Part shown: positions 37,601-49,153 of the stretch, in pieces
How the letters are laid out: each line of letters opens with the position of its first letter
How positions within the stretch are numbered: the first letter of the stretch is position 1
NCBI GenBank assembly: GCA_030295235.1
Contig: AP026145.1
Location: 434,001 to 498,000 of the forward strand
Direction of reading: 5' to 3'
Length of the DNA: 64,000 nucleotides
Source of the DNA: Fistulifera solaris
Lineage: Eukaryota
Made by a program: the position numbers and the translations under genes
Notes under the pieces: model-generated
Told to the model about the DNA's origin: nothing
The model's input: only the letters and a program-made list of their open reading frames with translations
The model's database searches: none

Positions 37601-39795
37601 ATACGCTTATAAACTTACCGGCAAATGAGATATGCAACTCTTTGCGCGACAAACTGATAAGCTGTGGCTTTGTCGAGCGACTCGCTGCTTTTGTGTTGAA
37701 GGACATGCCGAAGGATCCCCCGACATGGACCGCGGCGCTTTGGCCAGAAAATAGTGCTCCCCAGAGTACTCCCTCGGAAAACAGCATCGACCATACGATT
37801 CGCGAAGGTTGGCGCGCCCTTTTCGGCCGACTTGGGATCAAAACTGTTTATAAAATTTTGACAGGACTCTGTCAGCACCATGCTCCCATGCAGCGCTGCC
37901 TAGCGAACGTCCCAAGGTTTTTGCAGTGCTGCCACTGGATTGAAGCTACATCTGACAATCCAGCAGACAATATAACAACCTCAGGATTGGGGTTGCTCGC
38001 TGAGACCTTACTTGACGAGATCGGGGAGGGAAACAGCGAAGTTTCAGCCATGGTGACTTCGATAAGAAATGAGACGAAAGTGAGAAAGAAAGCAATGGCA
38101 TTGGAACGACGCAAGGCAACCATGTTAAAAATGGGTGTTCACATAGGTGGCGTCTCTTCTTTTGGCAACAATATGACAGTTCAGAAAGCAGGACCGACTG
38201 CTGTCAATATTCTCGGTTCGATTGGCGACGTACTCGCGCCAAAAGCTTCGTCACAGAGTCCAAGTCGTACTACACAGAAAGGGAGACAGCCTAAGAGGAA
38301 GGAAGAACAAGATAACAAACCTGGATGGCTTACAGAGGCGGAATCGATGGTAGAAGAAACCGGGCTACGATGTGTCGTCTGTCATGAAGGACGAACCCTG
38401 CAGCCCAAAGAATTACTTGCTCTGTACACTTTCACCAAAAAAGTGGTGCTACCGTCGGGGAAGAACATGACTCGGTCAAGCATTGACGGCACTGATGTCT
38501 TGAAAGCCCTCCCGGCGAAAATGCCCGTCAATCTCATTGACGACGCGTTTTCAGAAGAATGGCTTAGACGGGCTCTGGAAGCGAAACTTGCAGTGCAAAA
38601 GTCACCAGCTGAATCTTCACAATCGAGGCGCAGTTCAGTCTTTGTGACCACGACATCAGCTGGAAATGCGATACACATATCTTGTCACCAGCGAGCAAAA
38701 CAAGCAGACCGCACCCACCCGAAGGCGCCAAAGTCTGAGTGGGAAGGTGCAAGTCTCCGCAATAACAGGGTTAAATGCAATTGCGCTCTGCCCCTCATTT
38801 CTAATCGCGATTCGGCGGTGCCATTGGTTGACGTGACCACTGGATTATCAGACTATCAATCCGCGCTGGCCAGTATACTTGGATTTTCGTCATCATGCAT
38901 GCTCTGGCATATCCTTCACGATATTCGTTTTCTGCTCCTGAGAATTGCGTATGGGGAGTCCTTGAACACAGATGCTGGTGGCGGTTCACTGGCATCAAAT
39001 TGTCAGCTTCTCTTCCATCAGATGCATCTTGCCGAGACGTTTGCTAAACAAACCGATGTCGAACAGAAAGAAAGCCTGATTCACGCACAAGGTCTATCGG
39101 CTGGCTGTCTCCTTGCTTGCGGTGTCGTGTTCAAAGAGAACAGCAAAAAAGAAAACTCTGAACTGTTAAGAGCCGTTGCGGATGGTACGCTCATGGGAGC
39201 AATCACAAGTATTATCTTTTACAATGCAAAAGCTTGCGGAGGGGGTCAGTTGAAGGTAGATGCTACATCAGAAAAGCCCCATCCTAAGCGCGAATGGGTG
39301 ATTGGCAGAGATCGCTTTCTCCGGGGTCTTATCGTGTGCGCCGGTCGTCGGCATGTTCTTAATTTAAACAGCTCTGGTTGTTTGCCAGGGCGGACACTTA
39401 GTGGGAGGAAAAGATCTTCCTCATTTGCCGAATGGGATAATAACGATGCGGAGGAAGCAATTTCGCCGACAGAAACAGCATCCCCACGATCGAAATCGAA
39501 GACCAGACGCCGAGCCGGTCGACCCAGTGCCCGTCCCAATATGCCCTCCGTTGACGATTTTCAAAATGCTTTTCGCCCCATGATCACGCTCTTTGCAATA
39601 CTAGATCAACTTTCTGCTGAATTTACGCAAACGATGGATGATAATCAGATCGAGGCAAGCTCACAGCGCATGGTACAAGTAATTGAGGAATCCCAAGCGT
39701 CGCGTAGTATTCAAGAGCTGCTACGAAAAGCTAAGGTTCCTTTTGATAATGGACAATTGATTTCCCTTCTACAGCGAGGAATGGTTCTTGGCTAA
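34612..39795 (+). CDS. UBR4: UBR4/BIG C-terminal part (UBL-like region + hemiRING ubiquitin-ligase module) encoded as a separate gene; ~2 frameshifts
   Basis: RRAPTQEEFFRGSLSQNP, EILVANKILDTNLKLRVVHQVLW, YRLAGVDGEATED, EETGLRCVVCHEG...LLALYTFTKKV, IHISCH, EWEGASLRNNRVKCN and DAGGGSLASN match recalled UBR4/BIG C-terminal motifs. Own ATG at 34612; frameshifts near 34905 and 36700. Confidence 0.85.
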
Positions 39796-39929
39796 GAGTT
39801 TGGTTCGACAGGGACATAGATCGTCGTTTATAAAGAAAGATAGTATGAATTGTTTTTCCTTGTGCGCTTTTGTAATGCTAGCCAATTATCAACAAGGAGC
39901 AACTGATGCAAGGCAGCAAAGCGGAGGAA

Positions 39930-40285
39930 TGGGTGCTTTTGGTCTCACACAGATCCGGTGCACGTTCGTAAAATCGGTGTTTAGTTTTTATGCTACTACA
40001 TAAATTCTGCCTCGATTCGATCATACAGAAATGCTGTGTGACATCCAGAAATTCTGGAATCGGTGCTTTTGGTCAGACGGAATTTCTGTGAGATTCAGTC
40101 ATGCAAAAAAATAATAACGGTAAGTATCACTACGACCACAACTGGTTTACCTAAGGGGAATATAATCAGAATTTCTGTGATGGGTGCTTTTGGTCCTTAC
40201 GAAAATTCTACGGTCGTTTTAGAAATTCTGGAGTTGGTGCTTTCAGTCTTACAGAAATACTGTCAGCAACTCAGAAATTCTACAT
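39930..40285. repeat. Degenerate short-unit repeat cluster (GGTGCTTTTGGTC plus CAGAA(A/T)TTCTG dyads)
   Basis: GGTGCTTTTGGTC at 39932, 40062 and 40183, variant at 40236; about 8 exact or near copies of CAGAA(A/T)TTCTG between 40000 and 40285. Confidence 0.7.
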
Positions 40286-40432
40286 TCTTCTTGACGTTCA
40301 TGGAAATGATTACCTTGGTGTGAGTCAGTCATCACATTCGTTAAAACAAAAGAGCACATAAACAAGTATCTTCACAACATGTATTTCCTCATAGCACAAA
40401 GGTCTAGTAGCTATACGGATACTAGGTACAGA

Positions 40433-41092
40433 ATGCACATCTATTATTTGCTTTCGACGCTACTCGTCGGTTGCCACTGCTTCAGCCCGCATCCATCTTG
40501 CTTCCGCAGAAGGATAAATGTGTTGGCGTCAACACTCCCCACCATCACAGAACTGTCTTCGGATCCCTTTACGAAGCAGATATCTCACTTGGAAGCAGTT
40601 ATATCACTACTCATTGAAAATGAAACCAGCGACGAGTTACCACCCTTGCTCAAAGCTCAGCTTTCGCACTCGGATGGCATTCGAGGCTTCTTTGCAACCT
40701 ACTTGACCCACGAACGCTCTCCAAACAACGTTGTACCCGCCGCTCTGCGACAAGCCATGGAGTTGAGTGAAAATCACGAGCATTTAATTGATTTGTCATT
40801 CATGAATCTAATCATGCCGACAGCGATGGTGACGATGCATCAAGATCCGGAGCTTTCGAACCAATCGCGTATTACAGCCGAGAGGGGTCTTCTCATTCTG
40901 CAATCTCTGAGCGAGATACCGGTGACGCAAGAATTGGTGGAAAAGGAGTATGAAGCGATATTGGCTGCTTTGACGGGAGAAGCTTACTCGAATACATCGA
41001 AATTGATGTTTTGGACGCAGTTCTTTGAGAGGTGGGGATACGGAGACGAACAACGAAAAGATATTACAGAAGCGCTACGACGATTAAGATAA
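40433..41092 (+). CDS. Hypothetical protein, probably plastid-targeted
   Basis: MHIYYLLSTLLVGCHC-FSP signal peptide followed by Phe; globular-looking remainder (QLSHSDGIRGFFATYLT, FWTQFFERWGY). Confidence 0.65.
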   Translation: MHIYYLLSTLLVGCHCFSPHPSCFRRRINVLASTLPTITELSSDPFTKQISHLEAVISLLIENETSDELPPLLKAQLSHSDGIRGFFATYLTHERSPNNVVPAALRQAMELSENHEHLIDLSFMNLIMPTAMVTMHQDPELSNQSRITAERGLLILQSLSEIPVTQELVEKEYEAILAALTGEAYSNTSKLMFWTQFFERWGYGDEQRKDITEALRRLR

Positions 41093-41132
41093 AACAGCTT
41101 AATGCTTTACACGCTAAATCCTAAATTGACCA

Positions 41133-43499
41133 TTATATAGATACGACCAAACCACGAAACATGAGACTAGCATCTTGTATCTCTTTCGCACCGCCCCGGA
41201 GTTCCGTCACTGTGGATCCCGTCCCAATCTCGCGCATTCGCGCCTCCATCAATTCGAAAAGGCGCTGCCGTTCCTCTTCAGCAAGTGGCTGACCGGTGTG
41301 ATCGTGGGTAGGAATACCACGATCGTCATATTGAGTATACTTCGGCTGCTTCGTGGCCTTGCGGTGACGCGTATCGGTGGGATCAAATCCTTCTTCTTCC
41401 GCTCCGAACAGCGCCCACTCCGGTGTCGGTGCTGTGTAGTCTTTGACATGAAAGGTAAAAGATGGATCTGCTTCATGTCGTGCCGCTAGTTCCTGAAATT
41501 TGGGATAATTAATCCAAGTATGCCATTGCCGTTCCCCTTCAGGGGAGATTTCTAAAAACTGGTCAACGCGAGCTAGCAAGACACTACATGAATGCTTGTG
41601 TTCACAAGCTAAATCGTACTGTGGTACAGCATTGTCCGTTTCTCGAATACGGTTCAGTTCCGCTTGAAGAGTTTTGGCTAGGTCCACAACTTCATGATGC
41701 CAAGGACTGTTGGACATGTTCAAATTAGAAGCGTCTGATTTCCCGCAAAAGGTAACTCCTTTGATCTCAACGAGGCTGACATGACCCAATGCAATCAGTT
41801 TCGCGTATCCCGAAACTTCATCCGAATTCCAGCCCTTGACGACCGTCAATCGAGCAACAGTGCGTTGCCCTTTGTTCTTTAACGAAACCAAAGATTGTTT
41901 CAGCCGATCCCAGGCATCTTGAAACAAGGGTCGATCAATCGCAATCAGTGACTCTTTGGTAGGGGCGTCGACACTAACGTACAACTGAGTGATTGGCAAT
42001 AGGCTTTCGATGGCTTGAGGATGTTGTCCATTGGTGACGAGAAACGTTGAAATTTCGCGGTGATGCAATTCGGAAAGAAACTCATTGATACGCGGATACA
42101 TGATTGGTTCGCCTACCAAACTGAGTGCACAATGTCGTACTGTATGTGCTTCTTTCCAGCGATCCATTTGCACACCCGGAATGCCTTTGGTCTCTTTGAT
42201 CATATTCACATGCGTTTGTACCGCCTGTTCGACGATAAATTGAGGATCATCTGTTTTCCACCGCCATTCTTTTCCTACTGGATTCTTGTGATGTCTCCAG
42301 CAAAACACGCACTTGTTCGCACACGCCAGCGAAGGAGTCGCTTCCATACATTGATAACTAGTAATACCGTAAAAAGTGTGTTTGTAACAGCCCCCACGAC
42401 CGCGCAACTGATGTTTCGTCCATCGACAAAGTTTTACGGCACTGTGCGTCCCAATCAGTTTGTATCCTTCCTTCTTTAGTTGTTGGGCTTGACGAGGCGT
42501 CACCATTTCGCGGGGCTCACCATTTCCTACTTGTTTCTTCTCCGACGCCATGGCATTTCCCATATCTTCTAGATCCATGACGGTCGGTTCTTCCACATCT
42601 TCTTCATCTTCGTCGTCGGATTCATACTCTGCGCGCTCTTCCATAACCTCCAACGGCTCCTCCGCGTGCTTATGACAGCCGCCGTTCGGCTTCGATTCTT
42701 CTCCACACGCACAGCCACCATTTTTCGTTAAATCCTTGGTTTCAACTTCCTTCTTCCCGACTTTTAATTTTCGCTGCAACTCCATATTCCATTGATGAAA
42801 CGTTTCTTTTGCGTGATCCCCGACGGCGTCGTCTCCCACCTTCAATCGCAACAAACATTTGGCCCCCAATTTTTGAAAGTGGCGAACACATTCCCGGGCC
42901 GGTCGACCCATGGTATCATCGTATTCGGACGATCCCATGCCAAAGATGGCGACTTGTAATTTATTTTTGAGGGGAAGACTCTGCACGCGCCAATCGTGTT
43001 GCACATCTTGCAAGGTTCGTTCCAACGTATCGGCCGCGAACGGTGGCCATGTTCCGTTTGTATACGTCGGAAGGAGCAAAATGAGTACCGGTAATGGGGC
43101 TCTGCTGCCTTTTACGTCGTCTTCGTCGTCTTCATTCAACAATTCATCCCACCAATCCCATTCTTGTACCGATCCTACTTGTACGACACGATTACTTGTG
43201 GTCAACAACGAGAGTTCCGTATACAATTGTCGCGCTAGTTTCTCGCACGTTCCTGTGATCGAAGCGTGCACAATGGAAATCGTGCCCGGAGATAGAATAC
43301 GTAATTTTGTATCTTCTTTCGTTGTTTGACTTTGCGAGCAATCGACTTCTCGGATGGGTACATCGGGTGATGATTCGAGGGGCGTTTCGATCGTCGGACG
43401 AAGATATCGACTATAATACCAGGCAACGGTGATTCCGCCGCCCAAAAGAGCCGCTGCTATAGCTGCAGATTGATTTCTTTGAGCTTGTGACATGTTCAT
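41133..43499 (-). CDS. TYW1: tRNA wybutosine-synthesizing protein 1 (flavodoxin + radical SAM)
   Basis: Intact 788 aa ORF: N-terminal TM, flavodoxin-like domain, GYKLIGTHSAVKLCRWTK, CYKHTFYGI, radical SAM CANKCVFCWR, ALSLVGEP, FLVTNGQHP. Confidence 0.97.
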   Translation of the reverse strand: MNMSQAQRNQSAAIAAALLGGGITVAWYYSRYLRPTIETPLESSPDVPIREVDCSQSQTTKEDTKLRILSPGTISIVHASITGTCEKLARQLYTELSLLTTSNRVVQVGSVQEWDWWDELLNEDDEDDVKGSRAPLPVLILLLPTYTNGTWPPFAADTLERTLQDVQHDWRVQSLPLKNKLQVAIFGMGSSEYDDTMGRPARECVRHFQKLGAKCLLRLKVGDDAVGDHAKETFHQWNMELQRKLKVGKKEVETKDLTKNGGCACGEESKPNGGCHKHAEEPLEVMEERAEYESDDEDEEDVEEPTVMDLEDMGNAMASEKKQVGNGEPREMVTPRQAQQLKKEGYKLIGTHSAVKLCRWTKHQLRGRGGCYKHTFYGITSYQCMEATPSLACANKCVFCWRHHKNPVGKEWRWKTDDPQFIVEQAVQTHVNMIKETKGIPGVQMDRWKEAHTVRHCALSLVGEPIMYPRINEFLSELHHREISTFLVTNGQHPQAIESLLPITQLYVSVDAPTKESLIAIDRPLFQDAWDRLKQSLVSLKNKGQRTVARLTVVKGWNSDEVSGYAKLIALGHVSLVEIKGVTFCGKSDASNLNMSNSPWHHEVVDLAKTLQAELNRIRETDNAVPQYDLACEHKHSCSVLLARVDQFLEISPEGERQWHTWINYPKFQELAARHEADPSFTFHVKDYTAPTPEWALFGAEEEGFDPTDTRHRKATKQPKYTQYDDRGIPTHDHTGQPLAEEERQRLFELMEARMREIGTGSTVTELRGGAKEIQDASLMFRGLVVSI

Positions 43500-43824
43500 T
43501 CATAAAAAGAAAACCCAACAAAGAAAGTCTCTTGATTGTAAGGACAGGAACGCAAAGAACAGGATCGCTTCGTCAAAGAAAAAGTCAGTCGCCTTTTTTT
43601 GTGGTTCTATTTTTTTTTGCGGAAAACTCGGACGGGCGGCGGTCAGAAAATGCTCGGTGCTACCTACATCGATAAAATTCCTACTGGGCCTACACGTGCA
43701 TCTGACGTAGCCATTCGAAGTAGTCCCTTCGCTCTTGTACTTGTACTTGTACACGTTTCGAATTTTGATTCATCGACTAATAGAGTATTTTATTGATGTT
43801 GGTTCGAATTTTCCATTGCAATTC

Positions 43825-43945
43825 AGCCCAAATTACGCGAAATTTGGATAATGTCGAATTGCACAGTATCCGGAATCCTCTTTCTCGATAAATTTCCCGA
43901 AGGTGTACGTGAAATGCACGTAGACATTCACAACATTGCATCTGT
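43825..43945. repeat. Solo partial copy of repeat family A
   Basis: TTGCACAGTATCCGG...TCGATAAATTTCCCGAAGGTGTACGTGAAATGCACGTAGACATTC aligns to the reverse complement of the family A unit. Confidence 0.8.
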
Positions 43946-44006
43946 CATTTTTCATGTTTGGTGTTTCCAATTAGTGTCGATTCTTGCTAATGGTAGCTAG
44001 GACGAT

Positions 44007-45197
44007 ACAATGGACGGATGCGAGAGAAGCAAAACGGAACCCTTCGTTGTTCGGTTCATGACTACTGTACAATCCAGTCTTGGCTGGCGTAAACCAACAC
44101 TCCAATCCATAGTGGAAATTCGAGGTGTCGATCCTCGGATTTTCGACGTGAAAATAAGAGAAAATTTTCACAAGTAGTTCAGAATCATCATTGTTGCGAC
44201 TTTTTCTACCGGTAATAAATATATATCCGCAGATGAATGACAATGGACGGATGCGAGAGACGCAAAACGGAACCCTTCGTTGTTCGGTTCATGACTACTG
44301 TACAATCCAGTCTTGGCTGGCGTAAACCAACACTCCAATCCATAGTGGAAATTCGAGGTGTCGATCCTCGGATTTTCGACGTGAAAATAAGAGATATTTT
44401 TCACAAATAGTTCCAGAATCATCATTGTTGCGACTTTTTCTACCGGTAATAAATTTATATCCGCAGATGAATGACAATGGACGGATGCGAGAGAAGCAAA
44501 ACGGAACCCTTCGTTGTTCGGTTCATGACTACTGTACAATCCAGTCTTGGCTGGCGTAAACCAACACTCCAATCCATAGTGGAAATTCGAGGTGTCGATC
44601 CTCGGATTTTCGACGTGAAAATAAGAGAAAATTTTCACAAGTAGTTCAGAATCATCATTGTTGCGACTTTTTCTACCGGTAATAAATATATATCCGCAGA
44701 TGAATGACAATGGACGGATGCGAGAGACGCAAAACGGAACCCTTCGTTGTTCGGTTCATGACTACTGTACAATCCAGTCTTGGCTGGCGTAAACCAACAC
44801 TCCAATCCATAGTGGAAATTCGAGGTGTCGATCCTCGGATTTTCGACGTGAAAATAAGAGATATTTTTCACAAATAGTTCCAGAATCATCATTGTTGCGA
44901 CTTTTTCTACCGGTAATAAATTTATATCCGCAGATGAATGACAATGGACGGATGCGAGAGAAGCAAAACGGAACCCTTCGTTGTTCGGTTCATGACTACT
45001 GTACAATCCAGTCTTGGCTGGCGTAAACCAACACTCCAATCCATAGTGGAAATTCGAGGTGTCGATCCTCGGATTTTCGACGTGAAAATAAGAGAAAATT
45101 TTTAAAAACAAATAGTTCAGAAACATCATTGATGCGACTTTTTCTACATGACAATGGACGGATGCGAGAGACGCAAAACGGGAGCCTTTGTTGTTCG
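44007..45197. repeat. Tandem array, family B-related, alternating 233/234 bp units (467 bp dimer), ~5 copies
   Basis: CATGACTACTGTACAATCCAGTCTTGG at 44057, 44290, 44524, 44757 and 44991; diagnostic variants alternate between units. Confidence 0.97.
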
Positions 45198-45388
45198 TGA
45201 CTCTAGGTCTAGAGCCATTATTTTTTTAGTCCAGACTGTATATATACGGACGACGACAAGACGAATCCACGTCACATTAACGAACAACGAACAACGTCAA
45301 CGAAAATGATGTGTTGTTGAAAATAATAGAACCAGCATTCATTATTTGTCTTACCATTAAACTCATTTTGTAGTATCCTTTTATCGCG

Positions 45389-46347
45389 ATGCGTTCTTGT
45401 CGTTGCTGGTTCTACTCGGTTCTTATTAGTTGTCTAACGATCGCATCATGTAGCGCTTTCATTGCACCACACGCACCCCGTGCGACCGTGCTCCTCTGGA
45501 GCAAAGTCAAACGCGGCAAGCTGGGCAATACAGTAGGCGTTGCCACGACAACAACCAAGAAGAAAGAATCAAAGAAGAGAAACAGTGATAAATCAGCGAT
45601 TTCACCTGATTTGGCCAAATGGATGATGGACAATCCGCGGACGGATAACAACGAGAATACATCACCCCCAAAAGCATCATCACGGAGAGAGCGACAAAGT
45701 ATTCGTTTGGCCGAGCAACAAGTACAAAGAGAGAAAATAGAAGGCTTGGTAGAGCAATTGGAGCAGATGTTGGACCCCACGGCCGAAAACAACAAAAGAC
45801 CCTGTCGGTTCCCGACATTCTGGCCCTACTGCGCGAATTATCACAACAAGCATCGTCGTCTCCTTTGACACAACTCATTGGCACCAATCAACGACGCGAC
45901 TATCGACTCGCGTGGGTAGGATCCGATGATTCCGTGACGCACATTGGTACTGGCCTGCACAAAGTGCCTCTCGCACGATTGCAAGAAGTCTTTCTCAGTT
46001 TTCCCGGACGCAATCGGGTATTGTTGCAAGAAGTCATTCGCATTTTGGGTCCCTTTCCGAATATCCGCAATACTTTGTCAGGTTCCAGTCGATCGTCGAC
46101 GCGAGATGGTGTGACGGAATGGAACGTACAATGGGAGAGTATGGTGGATGGGACGGGCAAAGAACTCTTGGCCGGGAAAGAAGAAAACATCAAATTAGTT
46201 CCATTGCGAGTGTATTACAGCGATGAAATGGTCATCGTCGCGTCTCGGCCGTGCGATGATCCGTGGCAAGGGAATGGTGAAAATGTGTTACTCTTTTTGC
46301 GCGAAGACGACTTGGAGAACAAGTTGGAAGCTTTACGCGTCGCATAG
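45389..46347 (+). CDS. Plastid-targeted protein, possibly PAP/fibrillin-like; frameshifted near 45800-45865
   Basis: Signal peptide + CSAFIAP motif; C-terminal beta-rich domain YRLAWVGSDD...GLHKVPLARLQEVFL...EVIRILGPFPNIRNTLSG. Confidence 0.6.
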
Positions 46348-46834
46348 TCGTATCAGTTTTCTTCTTTTCTATTTCTTTTTTCTAAAATTATGAGCTTGCT
46401 AAATTGTGTTGTATGATTGCAATGCGCTCATCAGTGCAGCTTGCTATACCGATTTCGTGAACGACGTCAAGTGATACTTTAAAAACTAGAGTTGCTACTT
46501 TTTTCACAACGACGCCACTAACTTATAAAAGTAGATCAGTGATATCATATAAAGTATTGGCGCTGTTGTTACTGTTGTTGCTGCTCCTCTTTTCATCGCA
46601 TTAGCCAGATGAGGTGGAGTCGTCGTCGTCGGTCGTCGCTCGAAGAATGACTATGGTGTAAAGTGTAGAGGCACTTTTTTGTGACTCAACTCGAAGTCCA
46701 ATCCCGTAAACTCTTCGTGCACGGAACACAGAGGAACAAACCGCAGAATAGCGGCGGCAAATAATTTCGATGACGAAGAAGAAAAAAATCGATTGCTTTT
46801 CGGACCACACAATACGGACTGTTGTTAATGCAAG

Positions 46835-48794
46835 ATGAGTCCCCAAGAAGAGCAAGGGATAGAAACGATTGCTTCGCCCTCAGCGAATGGAGGCTTTCAT
46901 TTGCGATGGAGTCGGATTCAAAAGACGGTCACTATCAAAGACACGGCGACGGGCTTGTCGGGTCGAGCCTCGATCGGGGGAACGAAAGCACCCGAAACGA
47001 CTTCAAAAAAGACCATTCTCTCTAATTGCTCCGGTGCGGCCGCTCCAGGTCAAGTGCTCGCTATTATGGGGCCATCCGGAGCCGGAAAGACGTCGTTAAT
47101 GAATGTACTGGCCGGTCGGGGCACGTATCAAGGAGGAAGTCTTACCATCAACGGCCATCTGATGACGAAACGGAGATTCAAAAGCATTGCTTACGTCAAA
47201 CAGGCGGATATTTTCTTTGAACATCTCACCGTAGCGGATCAATTGTCGTATACCGCTATGTTGCGACTCCCCGAGAGCATGACGAAAGCCGAGAAGAATC
47301 AACAAGTGACCGCAATACTAAACGCATTACGACTCACAAAGGTGCAGCATTCTCCGATTATGTTATGTAGTGGTGGAGAAAAGAAACGTGTGAATATTGG
47401 AACTGAATTAGTGACGAACCCTTCGATTCTTTTGTTGGACGAACCGACGTCGGGATTGGTAAGTTGGCAATAGTTCTAATGCTTGAGTGCATTACTTTGA
47501 GTCAGTGGTTCTCTCACATGCATGCAATGTTTTTCACTATTTTATCCAGGATTCCAGCAGCGCCGTCTCATTACTGCAGCTACTGCAAAGTCTGTCGCGC
47601 GAAGCAAATCGAACCATTGTCACAAGTATTCATCAACCTTCTTCGGCCGTCTTTCGTTCCTTTGACCGTCTTTTGATGATGTCGGATGGAAAAGTGGTTT
47701 ATTTTGGTTCACCCGTCGAATCACTCGATTATTTGAGTCGCTTGGATCTGGCTTGTCCGCCGGGATACAATGCCGCGGATCATTGGATGGACCTATTGGT
47801 GGCCCCTGTCGACGGTAGTGAGGACTTGGTCAAATACAAATTGCAAGATGCGTGGGATGCGGAAGCGCTCGCCTTGGAAATGGATGCAGCCTTTGTGGAC
47901 GGTGATGATGCTTCGGTCAGCACGGAAGCTCGTACTCCCAAATACAATACATCGTGGCTCACGCAATATATCGTACTCACGCACCGTGCTATGAAAAACA
48001 GTCGAAGTGCCATTTTTACGCCACTCAATTTGATCAAATCATTAGCACTCGGTATTGTGGCGGGCTTGTTGTATTTTCAGCTCGATTATGTAGAAGAGAA
48101 CATCAACAACATTCGGAGTTACTACTTTTTTACAATGACGTTTTGGGTATTTGATTCCATGTTTGGTGCCCTAATGGCCTTTCCGGTCGAACGCGCCATT
48201 GTGACACAAGAGAGAGCCGCTTCGTCATATCATTTGAGTGCGTACTTCATGGCCAAAACTACGGCGGATGCTCCCGTGCGAATATGCTTACCGCTTCTGT
48301 ACATGACGGTCTCCTACTGGATGATGGCGATCCGCAACGACATCGTTACCTTTATTGCATCAATAGGATGTACACTCCTGTCCGTCATGGCGGGAGAGGC
48401 GTTTGGGTTGCTGGTGGGTGCTTCCATTCTAGATTTGCAACATGCCATCACGACCATGACTGTGAGCATGTTGTTTCTCATGTTGCTGGGAGGATTTTTC
48501 GTCGAAAACATACCTTCTTTTGTCGAATGGGCCAAATACTTGTCTCCTTTTAAATACGCTTTTGATTCTTCGTTGCAGCTCGTCGTGGACCGCGATCTTC
48601 CGTGCGACGACAGTGGAGTATTGGACGAACTGTGCAATGCAGATGGGTTTGCGCCCGTTGATGAAGTATTGGATTTCATTGGTGTGCAGGGGAGTCTTGG
48701 GTTTAATGTGGGTATGCTCGTCGTCTTGATTATTTGCTGTCGATTCCTTGCTTATTTGGGATTGCGCATGACAAAGACTGCTGATAGAGCTTGA
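46835..48794 (+). CDS. ABCG (White-like) half transporter
   Basis: Walker A GPSGAGKT, signature [23 protein letters not shown] (intron ~47459-47550), SIHQPS, then an ABC2 membrane domain with FVEWAKYLSPFKY. Confidence 0.95.
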
Positions 48795-49153
48795 AGTTAT
48801 TGAACATATTACTGCATAAGCAAATTGTAGAAAGTGCGTAAATGAATAGATTGTTTTTTGACCGTATTGCAATTGAAAGCATTGCAATAGTAATCAGATT
48901 CAATTCCACAGCATCGGAGATCGCTTCGCTCCGTCTCGTATGTCCACATGCGGTGCAAGGCGTTTTGGCTTTGTGTTGCTCAACTCCTGTTACACTTCAT
49001 ATCAAAAATGTTCGCCGACAGGCAATCCAAAAATAATGTAGTATGAATTAGCACGACAAAAGGTCAAAATCGACTTATGCGAGCGTGTTTCGGCAAATAT
49101 TTTACTATACGAAAAAATTCTTCATCGTTACACATTACGGAGTAAAAAATAAT

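Noticed and set aside
5568..43499. tRNase Z and TYW1 as a tRNA-processing cluster
   Set aside because: 33 kb apart, probably in different compartments, with unrelated genes between.
43971..45129. ORFs of up to 180 aa across the 233/234 bp array
   Set aside because: Frame changes between units and no protein-like features; artefact of the repeat.
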